Positions 34,975-42,636 of a stretch of DNA of 46,767 nt are shown one piece after another. Below the pieces are notes generated by a model that was not told the origin of the DNA, did not search any database, and saw only the letters and a list, made by a program, of their open reading frames with translations. The stretch's first letter is position 1. Every line of letters starts with the position of its first letter. A program made the translations under genes and the position numbers. The DNA comes from a virus (Duplodnaviria > Caudoviricetes), in the IMG/VR virus record IMGVR_UViG_3300037722_000381, positions 1 through 46,767 of that record. The stretch is one strand, 5' to 3'.

Positions 34975-35275
34975 GAAAGCAAAACGCGGCCGGAGTGTTA
35001 CCCCCCGCCGCGCCTGAGCCCACGGCAAGCCGTAGGGGATTGTAGAAGCGGAATCCCCGGGAGGAGCTTTCGCCTGTCCCGGGGCCCTATCACTCCGAAG
35101 CCGCGTGCAAGCAGAGGCGGGCATCGGCTCACTATGTTCGGCCGGCAGCTGAGCGCCGACCCCGGACCCTTCGGTCATAACAGAAGAATAATCGCCCCGG
35201 CGATCAACCCGGAGCGCCCCGCCGTCGACAGGCGGTTTATGCCGATTGGAAACCCAACCGGGGTTGCGACGTGAC
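34975..35275 (-). ncRNA. candidate structured RNA in late leader
   Basis: Dense succession of stems with GAAA/GTAA loops, ending in a GC stem plus TTTT. Confidence 0.4.
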
Positions 35276-35403
35276 ATTTTCCTGAGTGTGTATCGGGCGG
35301 GCCGGGCGCTGCATCACCGCTCGCTACCCACCCCGGATTGGTTACCTGGCCTAAGCCTCGTCCGTGTGCGGTTCCCTAGACCCGCCCGAATCGAAAGAGC
35401 CGC

Positions 35404-35595
35404 CTAGGGCGTCGGCTGCAATTCTGTCGAGTCTTTGGGAGCGCCCAAGAAGTCGCCGGGCGATGCAAAGGTGTAAGGATCAGTGGCCCAACTCAGGGCC
35501 TGTTGAGCCGCATACAGTTCCTCATAACGAGGACCCGATGGGGTCTGCCTTAGCGCAACCGCTATCCGGTCCAATTCACGATCAACCATGCCCAT
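35404..35595 (-). CDS. hypothetical protein (LYAAQQALSWATDP)
   Basis: 63 aa, GGAG upstream. Confidence 0.55.
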   Translation of the reverse strand: MGMVDRELDRIAVALRQTPSGPRYEELYAAQQALSWATDPYTFASPGDFLGAPKDSTELQPTP

Positions 35596-35817
35596 ATCGG
35601 TTCATCTCCATTTGAAAAGATCGGACGCGACGGGGCCTGCCTTGAACCCCGCAATGCGCGCTCGCCACCTAGGATCGAAGGCGATGCTACGGCCGGCAGA
35701 ATGTCACCGTGTCGCGCGCCCGAATCGAAAGGGGCGACCCGTGAGCCGCCCTGAGCCGCCGACCGGGTAGTCCCAATCCAAAGCGGCCCAAACCCAACTA
35801 TTCCATCGTTGCACAAA

Positions 35818-35847
35818 GGCATAGCACAAGTCGGACTAGAAAGTCAA
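35818..35847 (-). promoter_or_regulatory. putative late promoter (pR'-like)
   Basis: TTGACT-N18-TATGCC with TG extension, immediately after the late regulator stop. Confidence 0.55.
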
Positions 35848-35849
35848 GC

Positions 35850-36368
35850 CTAAATCATCGTCATCGCAATACCCGCCTCATGCAGCGCAATCACGAGACA
35901 CGAAATCCCGACCCCCTTCTTTCCTCCAAAGCCCATGCCTTCGGCCCATTGATGCGCTGTGCCGTCGTTCACAACGACATACCGCAGGACGCTCGCATTG
36001 ATCCGGCCGATGTCGCGGTCAACGCGGGCAAGCTCTTTCTGATCGTGGGGAGAGGGCGACCAGCCGCCGCCGTTGCTGCGGTCGATCCGGGTGAACTGGC
36101 TTGCCGCGTAGCGAGGTGAGGCGCCGGCCTTGTCCACCATTTCCCGATATTGTTTGGCGACCTGATGGTGAATCTCGTTCTCAGCCGGATCGCGCCAATA
36201 GCTCCCGTTTGGCCGTTTGAACGCTCGAGCCAGTTCACCCCGTTTGTGATAGCGGTCTATCGGGCAGCCGGTGGTGACGGTGTAGGTTGTCGGCACGCCC
36301 TGCTGGCGGCGAGCCTCGATCACGTCATGCTGACTGCGTTCGGGAGTGGGGCTGAGGTCTTCGGTCAT
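35850..36368 (-). CDS. late-gene regulator/antiterminator (DUF6456-like, Q position)
   Basis: PIDRYHKRG..., VLRYVVV...CLVIAL HTH-like C-terminus; position before late promoter. Confidence 0.65.
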   Translation of the reverse strand: MTEDLSPTPERSQHDVIEARRQQGVPTTYTVTTGCPIDRYHKRGELARAFKRPNGSYWRDPAENEIHHQVAKQYREMVDKAGASPRYAASQFTRIDRSNGGGWSPSPHDQKELARVDRDIGRINASVLRYVVVNDGTAHQWAEGMGFGGKKGVGISCLVIALHEAGIAMTMI

Positions 36369-36685
36369 GGCTTCACCATGTCACGGGCGGCAAACCATCG
36401 GTTGTCCCTGCCCTCTATCGCCAGCTCAATGTTTTCCACGCGCCGCAATACGTTCATCGTTGGGCTGGTTACGGAAATAATCGGTCCCGACATAAAGGCG
36501 CCCTCGCATTGAATGCCGCTAATCGTTAGCCTCGCGCATATGCAGGAGGGACACAGCAACCCGCCATCGTCGCCGGTCGGAGAGATTTGCCGCCATGCCC
36601 AATGCGGAATTATCAAGTCCTGAAAGCCGCCATCCTCATAGGGACGGGAACAGTCGTAACAGCGCACGGTGGGATCGTCACTCAT
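36365..36685 (-). CDS. Zn-finger protein (CYDC...LCPSC)
   Basis: ATGA overlaps; Cys motifs. Confidence 0.65.
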   Translation of the reverse strand: MSDDPTVRCYDCSRPYEDGGFQDLIIPHWAWRQISPTGDDGGLLCPSCICARLTISGIQCEGAFMSGPIISVTSPTMNVLRRVENIELAIEGRDNRWFAARDMVKP

Positions 36686-36819
36686 TCGGGAACACCCCAA
36701 TTCAGTTGGGCGCATTCCTCAAGCTCCCGCGCATACTCGACCTTGGCGGGCCACGATTGCGGGAAGGTTTCGGCCCAAATGGTCCGCTCCCACTTGGCGA
36801 CAAGTTCCTCGTCGGTCAT
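36682..36819 (-). CDS. 45-aa hypothetical protein
   Basis: ATGA overlaps on both sides. Confidence 0.5.
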   Translation of the reverse strand: MTDEELVAKWERTIWAETFPQSWPAKVEYARELEECAQLNWGVPE

Positions 36820-37310
36820 TCGGGGGCCTTCGGTAGAGGCATCCAGTCGCCATATCGCTTCGTCGCGGCGGCGAGATATGCTTCGTGCGCCTCCGTTTCG
36901 GTGGCAAAGTATCCGAGGCTGCACATGCGCCCGTTAATTTTAATCATCGCTCGCCATCGGCCCTTCTTTAGTTGAGCGCCCCTCATATACGGGCCGGGCG
37001 TTCGGCGGCGGTTCACGCAATTCAAAGCCTGCGTCCCCTTCCGAATATTTTGCCGTGTGTTGTTAAGCCCGTTGCCGTCTCGGTGATCTACAATTTCCCC
37101 CCTCGTCGCGCCGAGCAGTAACCGGTGCATACGCACAACAGCGGCGCTGACTACATAGAATCCGTCCCCGTCGCTACGCCGGCTCGCGTACCATTTGAAT
37201 TGGCCGATCAATGGCCAATCACAGGCATCAATGACCGCAAATTGGCCGAGCGTCAGGGGGACCATAACCGTCCCATCCCTCGGCGCCGTCTCAATCGGTT
37301 GCCATTCCAT
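36816..37310 (-). CDS. HNH endonuclease with AP2 domain, flanked by DUF551-type termini
   Basis: MHRLL..VDHRDGNGLNN..N; WRAMI..LGYF..EAHEAY; WQPIETAPRDGT and WMPLP ends. Confidence 0.85.
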   Translation of the reverse strand: MEWQPIETAPRDGTVMVPLTLGQFAVIDACDWPLIGQFKWYASRRSDGDGFYVVSAAVVRMHRLLLGATRGEIVDHRDGNGLNNTRQNIRKGTQALNCVNRRRTPGPYMRGAQLKKGRWRAMIKINGRMCSLGYFATETEAHEAYLAAATKRYGDWMPLPKAPE

Positions 37311-37424
37311 CGCTACCTCCGTGGGTTTCGGTAACAGCCGTCAAAACCGCATCCTCGATGGCCGCGATCCTCTCCTCAATGCTCACCAAACAGGCCACGA
37401 CAATAAGCATGTAAATCAGCTTGA

Positions 37425-37637
37425 TCATTCGACCGGCTCTGGTTGGGGTTTGGGGCGCGCTACGGGGCGGCCAGGCTTGCGGTGTACATATCCCGCACTC
37501 GATGCCAGCTTTGCACGGTCAGCGTTCGCGTTGGCAAAGAACCATAGCTCGGCAAGGTCCTTGGCATTCCGCATGTCGGGCTCCCTACGGTGTAATTCGA
37601 TGAAGGTGCGGATCGTGTGAGAGCGGGAGTCGGTCAT
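37425..37637 (-). CDS. hypothetical protein (MTDSRSH...)
   Basis: ATGA overlap. Confidence 0.55.
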   Translation of the reverse strand: MTDSRSHTIRTFIELHRREPDMRNAKDLAELWFFANANADRAKLASSAGYVHRKPGRPVARPKPQPEPVE

Positions 37638-37828
37638 GCGGTAGCCACCCCGAAGTGACGGCTGATCGCGGCCTTGGCGCTTTCGATGGTTTCGTGTTCT
37701 GTATCGTCTATCGTGGTCATCCACGCCCTCGACGTAGGGGTCGCCTCAAAAAACACCATTGCGACTTGTTTCTTGCCGCGCATCAAACACAGCCCGTCCC
37801 ATTCCAATGATGCATTTCGTTTAGTCAT
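37634..37828 (-). CDS. hypothetical protein
   Basis: ATGA overlaps. Confidence 0.55.
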   Translation of the reverse strand: MTKRNASLEWDGLCLMRGKKQVAMVFFEATPTSRAWMTTIDDTEHETIESAKAAISRHFGVATA

Positions 37829-38100
37829 GCTCGGCCGCCGCCCTTCTGAACCAACCGCCCATTCCACATTACGAGCCGATTGCCGCTGCTGTTGTAAAAC
37901 CTCAACCTTTCGGGGCCCTCTCGCATGGCGGCCTCCGCCTCGCGCAAAGACGAATACCGGCCCATCTCGCACCAACCGTCCATCGGGCTCCATCCAAACA
38001 AAAGCCATTCCCCTGCGCGCTCCTCGATCTTGTGCGTTGGCGTAGACTCTATTTTTTCTTCAACATTGCGGTTGTGCCGCTCTATCAACTCTTTCCACAT
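37825..38100 (-). CDS. hypothetical protein
   Basis: GGAG SD, 91 aa. Confidence 0.6.
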   Translation of the reverse strand: MWKELIERHNRNVEEKIESTPTHKIEERAGEWLLFGWSPMDGWCEMGRYSSLREAEAAMREGPERLRFYNSSGNRLVMWNGRLVQKGGGRA

Positions 38101-38133
38101 CTGCTTTATCTCCGTTGTGAGAGCGGGAGTCGG

Positions 38134-38358
38134 TCATGCGATGCTTGGCCGGTGCGGGTGATGGTGAACCAGATCGACTGCGCCAAACGGATCGCCATCG
38201 CAGTAGCCGTAGCAATCCCATTTGAACCGATAGCCCATCGCCGTTCCGATGATGTTGCCCTTGCGCGTCACTCGCTCGATCTTGACCAGCGCCCCGCACA
38301 TGCGGAGATAAGCCGGCTTCGCAATATCAATCGGCGGGGCGTGGTAAGTGTCGGTCAT
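38134..38358 (-). CDS. hypothetical protein
   Basis: ATGA overlap, GGAGG SD. Confidence 0.6.
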   Translation of the reverse strand: MTDTYHAPPIDIAKPAYLRMCGALVKIERVTRKGNIIGTAMGYRFKWDCYGYCDGDPFGAVDLVHHHPHRPSIA

Positions 38359-39167
38359 GTCCCCTCCATCAGCACAGCGTCCGCCATCTCCTGCGCCTCC
38401 GCAGGGCTCTTGTGGGCGTTCCGCGCTTCCGTGTAGGCAAGACCGTGTTCGGGCGGCAGATGATGCGGCCTGACCTTCCGCCGCTCCCGCATCGGCCTTG
38501 GCGCAATCTCTGCCCTCGGCTTGGCGAGCAGCCGCGCAAGGTTTTCGGATCGCTTCTCGCGGTCGAAATTCAACGCCAGATCAGCAAGGCTCACAGCCCG
38601 CTCAAGCCTGGGCATGTCGCCTTCGAGGATGCCCAACAAATCCCGCCGTGGTTTGGCAAGCTTCTCACATCGGGACCGAATCTCTGAGCCGATCGGCCAC
38701 CATTTCTGCGTCTGCCGCCATTCCGTCAGCACGGTCGAAACAACGTCCGCAGGGTAGTTTTCGATGTCCTGCGCCATCGACTGAATCAGCGCCTGCATGT
38801 CCGCACTCGCCCGATCACGACTGGCCGTGGCTGAAAGACAACGGGTGATTTCCGTCACGGCAAACCGAAAACCACAGGGCTCAAGCGTGCCCCTGACCTG
38901 CTCGATTGCACCCGAGTATTGTGGGACTTTCCCGATGGCCCGGTATCCGACCAGCTCGTACTCAGCCGTCAAGATTGGCTCGACGCAGGACCGCAAGGCC
39001 GGCATCAACGACGCCTCCAGATGGCGATTTACCGCGTGGGCGTTCTTTGGCGCACCATTGTCGGATGAAGGCGACTGGATCGCGCTTCCGCCGCTTTGCG
39101 GGGGCAGCGTTTGCAGCCCAGTCCCGGATTGATTGGATGGTTTGAGTTCGGTCGAGTCCGCTTGCAT
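38355..39167 (-). CDS. replication partner/helicase-loader-like protein (lambda P position)
   Basis: GGAGGT SD; YPADVV...W....WWP...EI motif; overlaps initiator by 206 nt. Confidence 0.65.
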   Translation of the reverse strand: MQADSTELKPSNQSGTGLQTLPPQSGGSAIQSPSSDNGAPKNAHAVNRHLEASLMPALRSCVEPILTAEYELVGYRAIGKVPQYSGAIEQVRGTLEPCGFRFAVTEITRCLSATASRDRASADMQALIQSMAQDIENYPADVVSTVLTEWRQTQKWWPIGSEIRSRCEKLAKPRRDLLGILEGDMPRLERAVSLADLALNFDREKRSENLARLLAKPRAEIAPRPMRERRKVRPHHLPPEHGLAYTEARNAHKSPAEAQEMADAVLMEGT

Positions 39168-39678
39168 CGATTACCTCCAAAGCCTCTTGGTTTGGTTCCC
39201 ATGTCAAAACGTCAACGGCGCGTTTTTTCTCTAACTCTCCGTTAGGAGAGTTATTCTTACTTAGGGTGTGGGAAGGGAAGGGAAGGGAGGCATTGCCGGA
39301 GCCCTGCCGCGTTCCATGTTCCGGTAGTGCCGGGGCATCCTGTTTTTCCTTTTTCCATCTAGCCCTTGCCTTCTCTGCCTGTGTTTTCGATCTTGATTTG
39401 CATCCTTCGTATTCCCGGAGCAGACGCTTCTGCGTGATGAAATTTTTTCTTTTTTTGCAAAACTCGGACACGAGCGGCATTAGGTCGGATTCAATGACTA
39501 ACAGGGGGCGCCCCAGCTTGCGTGCGAGCCATTGCGGATCGTCCGGTACACGGCAGCCGGGGCTCCGCCACATCAGCATCAGGAACCGCAGATACAGCCC
39601 GTGTTCGGCGTCGGACAGGTGCCCGGTGTCCGCCAGGTAGGCGTCGGTCCATAGAGGGAGCGCCGGGTAGTCGGCCAC
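38962..39678 (-). CDS. replication initiator, DUF1376/YdaU family
   Basis: PLWTDAYLADTGHLSDAEHGLYLRFLMLMW; QKRL. Confidence 0.85.
   Translation of the reverse strand: MADYPALPLWTDAYLADTGHLSDAEHGLYLRFLMLMWRSPGCRVPDDPQWLARKLGRPLLVIESDLMPLVSEFCKKRKNFITQKRLLREYEGCKSRSKTQAEKARARWKKEKQDAPALPEHGTRQGSGNASLPFPSHTLSKNNSPNGELEKKRAVDVLTWEPNQEALEVIDASGLDRTQTIQSIRDWAANAAPAKRRKRDPVAFIRQWCAKERPRGKSPSGGVVDAGLAVLRRANLDG
39225..39360. promoter_or_regulatory. candidate replication origin inside initiator gene
   Basis: (GGGAA)3 at 39270-39284, CTCTCC-GTTA-GGAGAG inverted repeat, flanking T-runs; lambdoid position. Confidence 0.35.
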
Positions 39679-39999
39679 CTATCCGCCCCTCTTGCGTATG
39701 CAAAGCTCGTAGCCGGTTGCATTCAGCGCGGCCTCGAAATTCGCCAGCGACGGGTTTTGCAGCCGCGTCCAGTTATGGAGCGTGGTTTCGTTCACCCCCG
39801 CCTTCTCAGCCAGATCAGCAACATAGATTTCGCGCTCAAGGATGATCTCGAACAGTCTCTTGACCAGCGGAACCTTGAACTCGCCAGTCGCAACCAGCTT
39901 GTAGATTTTGGAGCGCCAACGCAGGTGATTGGTATACCGCCCGCTCGCGCGTTCGGCTTCGGTAAACTGGCGGCCGCATGTCATACCGCTATGCTGCAT
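39679..39999 (-). CDS. XRE-type HTH protein
   Basis: LAEKAGVNETTLHNW...PSLANFEAALNATGYEL. Confidence 0.75.
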   Translation of the reverse strand: MQHSGMTCGRQFTEAERASGRYTNHLRWRSKIYKLVATGEFKVPLVKRLFEIILEREIYVADLAEKAGVNETTLHNWTRLQNPSLANFEAALNATGYELCIRKRGG

Positions 40000-40274
40000 G
40001 ACACCCTCTCGTTAGCGTCCCGACAGGGGACACAGATGCGGTTGCCCGGACCCCATGACTTGAACGGGTCCCGACAACGAAGGCATGTGCGCGGTGAGTA
40101 GTGAACCGGAACCGGGGTCGGTTTGCGCTCCGCCATCTTTCCGTTCGCCCGGCGCCAGAAGTTCGATACCGACATGACGGTTCGACCAAGTAGCTCGGCA
40201 ATGCGGCGGTCGCTGTATCCCTGCATCTTGAAACGCGAGAGGCGTTCGGACTCCGATTCGCTCCAGTATTTCAT
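39981..40274 (-). CDS. GcrA-like HTH plus Zn-finger protein
   Basis: WSESE..L....GYS...IAELLGRT..SV; CLRC..F.SWGPGNRIC..C. Confidence 0.7.
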   Translation of the reverse strand: MKYWSESESERLSRFKMQGYSDRRIAELLGRTVMSVSNFWRRANGKMAERKPTPVPVHYSPRTCLRCRDPFKSWGPGNRICVPCRDANERVSCSIAV

Positions 40275-40711
40275 GCCGCCTCCCGCTCGTGATCGGATGG
40301 GTAGGGGGAGGGAAACTCAATGCGGCCTTGGCGCCCACGGGTTCTGGCGACATTCATTTCTCGCAACAGACAGGCAAGCTGCATTTCGATTTCTTTGAGA
40401 TCGGGCTTCGATAGCTTGCAAACGGCCTGCGCTCTCGCCTGTATCGCCAGCGCCCTCGCCTCGCCCAAATGCCGGACGATCCAATTCCGAAATACGATGG
40501 GATTGGCGCCCAACTTCTGATGGCAGGAATAGCAATGCGCGGCTGCGGCGTCGGGGTGCCAGCGCGTGCCCCGGTGTCTCCGGCCGACAAGATGGGAACA
40601 ATGTAGACCTTGTGAATTGGGCTCGTATTGCTTGCCGCAACATTCACAGCGCCAGCCACTTCGTTCTCTTACGAGTTTGGAAAACAGAACATCGAGCTTG
40701 TCGCGCTTCAT
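40271..40711 (-). CDS. ninG: NinG/Rap-like recombination nuclease
   Basis: DVLFSKLVRER..CECC..HCSH..R...TRW....AHCYSCH. Confidence 0.8.
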   Translation of the reverse strand: MKRDKLDVLFSKLVRERSGWRCECCGKQYEPNSQGLHCSHLVGRRHRGTRWHPDAAAAHCYSCHQKLGANPIVFRNWIVRHLGEARALAIQARAQAVCKLSKPDLKEIEMQLACLLREMNVARTRGRQGRIEFPSPYPSDHEREAA

Positions 40712-40841
40712 TCCCCTGCCCCTTTTGGGCCGATCCGATTTGTAAAACTGTAGGGCGGGCCGGACACCGTGGCCCTCGTGCTTGTGCCGACCTTTATCGT
40801 CGGTTGCGTCTGCCGCCCGCAGCGGTTTCCCGCCCTACCTC

Positions 40842-41048
40842 TTACGCACCTTTCTTTTCCAAACCCTCAAGGCACGCTTTGTTGTATTTGATGTCCGCCT
40901 TCATTATCCAAATGTCGTGCTCGACGGCGCAAAGGCGTAACTCGCGTAGCCTCCCCCTGCTTACGATCTCTCGAAAAAGCAAGATCAAAAGCACGAGCAC
41001 CACAACGGCGGCTGCACCCACGAAAAACCCCTCTGGCGTAACCATCAT
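40842..41048 (-). CDS. small TM protein
   Basis: ATGA overlap; hydrophobic N-terminus. Confidence 0.55.
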   Translation of the reverse strand: MMVTPEGFFVGAAAVVVLVLLILLFREIVSRGRLRELRLCAVEHDIWIMKADIKYNKACLEGLEKKGA

Positions 41049-41500
41049 GCACCCCTCTTCACTACTGTCTGATACAACTCGCTGATCTTCTGTTCGATCA
41101 TCGGGTCCATGTCCGTATCCATTGCCAGCAACTCGCGCACGAGCGCCCGGACCTCGGGTATCTGTGCCGCCAAGCGGAGGAATTGCAGCGCGTTCGGTAC
41201 GCAGCGTTTCTGGCGCCAATTCTTCGCGCTCGACAGATTCGCGTCCGCCGCCTCTGCGATAATCGAATCGGGATTTCGCTTGTAGGCGACGTGCTCATTC
41301 AGCGCACCCGAGACACGCTCGGTCAGGCGGAATGTGTCCATGTCAGCAATGGGGGCGCGGGGGAACGTGATAAGCTGCGCTGAACCGGAGCAGTCGATTT
41401 GCTCCAATGTTTCGCCTGTGTTCTGCGTAGGAACGGGACGCGCTTTCTGCGTCATGTTTTGGCGAGAAACGGAGCGCGCGATTGAATTAACTGCGGCCAT
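41045..41500 (-). CDS. CII-position DNA-binding protein
   Basis: IAEAADANLSSAKNW....PN HTH; follows cro. Confidence 0.6.
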   Translation of the reverse strand: MAAVNSIARSVSRQNMTQKARPVPTQNTGETLEQIDCSGSAQLITFPRAPIADMDTFRLTERVSGALNEHVAYKRNPDSIIAEAADANLSSAKNWRQKRCVPNALQFLRLAAQIPEVRALVRELLAMDTDMDPMIEQKISELYQTVVKRGA

Positions 41501-41503
41501 GAA

Positions 41504-41698
41504 TTACGCAGCCTCTTCGCCGAGAAACCCCGCCGGCAGTTCGACGTTCTTCTGCTTGGCAAGACGGGCGAGTGCGGCGCGCACATCTACATCTTTGGGG
41601 ATGCCACGGCGCTTCCACATGGAGACCGTGTGCGGCTTTCGCCCCACCTCTTTGGCTACCGCCCCGGTCCCGCCGAGAGCCTCGATCAGACCATTCAT
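41504..41698 (-). CDS. Cro-like repressor
   Basis: LIEALGGTGAVAKEVG....VSMWKRRGIP. Confidence 0.8.
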   Translation of the reverse strand: MNGLIEALGGTGAVAKEVGRKPHTVSMWKRRGIPKDVDVRAALARLAKQKNVELPAGFLGEEAA

Positions 41699-41699
41699 G

Positions 41700-41775
41700 G
41701 TTGCGAGGTGTATCACAGTCCGTGATGATGCACAAGCCCCGGTATTGTGAAGTGCCTCACAAAATGAGATGTGGC
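41700..41775. promoter_or_regulatory. OR-like operators and cro promoter
   Basis: ATCACAGTCCGTGAT (41712-41726) and CTCACAAAATGAGAT (41756-41770). Confidence 0.75.
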
Positions 41776-41786
41776 CTACTCTCGGC

Positions 41787-42095
41787 ATGAGGCAGAACGC
41801 GATACGACCGAGTCGGCGGACTGAGGACGCCCGTAAGCAGGCTGGGAGGAACCTCAGGGCCGCGCGGGAGGCGCTTGGGCTTACCCAAGAGAGGCTCGCC
41901 AGCGAGCTCGGCATGACCCCCCACGCCCTATCTCAATGGGAGAGCGGAGCCAGGCGGATTAATACGTTTGGCGCGGTCATTCTAAAGCGGCGGTACGGCA
42001 TTACCCTCGATTGGCTGTTCGCGGGCGATCTTTCCGGTTTGCCCCACGATCTTGCCCTATCCATTCAGAAGCACGGCATCCGACAAGTAAAATAA
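41787..42095 (+). CDS. CI-like XRE repressor without S24 peptidase domain (start may be 41769)
   Basis: LRAAREALGLTQERLASELG..ALSQWESG; ITLDWLFAG; divergent from cro. Confidence 0.85.
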   Translation: MRQNAIRPSRRTEDARKQAGRNLRAAREALGLTQERLASELGMTPHALSQWESGARRINTFGAVILKRRYGITLDWLFAGDLSGLPHDLALSIQKHGIRQVK

Positions 42096-42152
42096 CCTTA
42101 CATTCCGTGTACCTATTTGGTTCGCGGCGCCGGGTGGCTTGTTTGTGACCAT

Positions 42153-42204
42153 ATCACAGACTGTGAACTTTTCTGCTTGACACCATCACAGAGCGTGATA
42201 TCCT
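42153..42204 (+). promoter_or_regulatory. OL-like operators and pL-like promoter
   Basis: ATCACAGACTGTGAA (42153-42167) and ATCACAGAGCGTGAT (42185-42199); the latter lies in the spacer of TTGACA(42177)-N16-TATCCT. Confidence 0.8.
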
Positions 42205-42211
42205 CCCCTTA

Positions 42212-42393
42212 TCGCTTCGGGCTTGCCCCCATCGTGCCCTGAGGCGACCGGGCTCCCGGTGCAGCCTTCCCGCTGCATCGGGACCGGAACGACCCGAAGG
42301 CATCGGCGGGAAGATCGGTGCCGTCATTGCTCTCAAGAAAGGGCGTTAAGCGCCGTTGCTGGACAGGGGGCGGCCTCGGACGGGTCGCCCCCG
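42212..42393 (+). ncRNA. structured early leader RNA with kissing loops
   Basis: Consecutive hairpins; loop CTTCCC complementary to loop GGGAAG. Confidence 0.45.
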
Positions 42394-42408
42394 CTAACGG
42401 AGGATGAA

Positions 42409-42636
42409 ATGACCCGCACAGAAACCTTTTTCGTTGCCATCTGGGAACGCCCCTCGGGTCCGGGTGCGATCAAGCGCCGCTGTGGGGAGTCAGAGAACTA
42501 CCCGAACGAAGACCAACTCCGGCAGGAATGCCGTGAACGTCAGTCAATCCCCGACGTTGTGATCGAAATGCGGCGCGAGGGTTTCGGCAAGTGGTCGGCG
42601 GTTCCGTACACGATTGAGGAAAGGGATGTGACGTGA
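42409..42636 (+). CDS. hypothetical protein
   Basis: GGAGG SD. Confidence 0.65.
   Translation: MTRTETFFVAIWERPSGPGAIKRRCGESENYPNEDQLRQECRERQSIPDVVIEMRREGFGKWSAVPYTIEERDVT

Larger units (their letters stand above)
37616..38140. repeat. 25-bp exact direct repeat pair (37616-37640, 38116-38140)
   Basis: TGTGAGAGCGGGAGTCGGTCATGCG twice, 500 bp apart. Confidence 0.95.

Noticed and set aside
34969-35277. 102-aa minus-strand ORF over the structured leader
   Set aside because: Pro/Arg/Gly-rich, protein-unlike composition; better explained by RNA structure
35293-35731. Canonical tRNA genes
   Set aside because: I could not build a cloverleaf with proper D-arm, anticodon arm and CCA end; kept only as tRNA-like candidates
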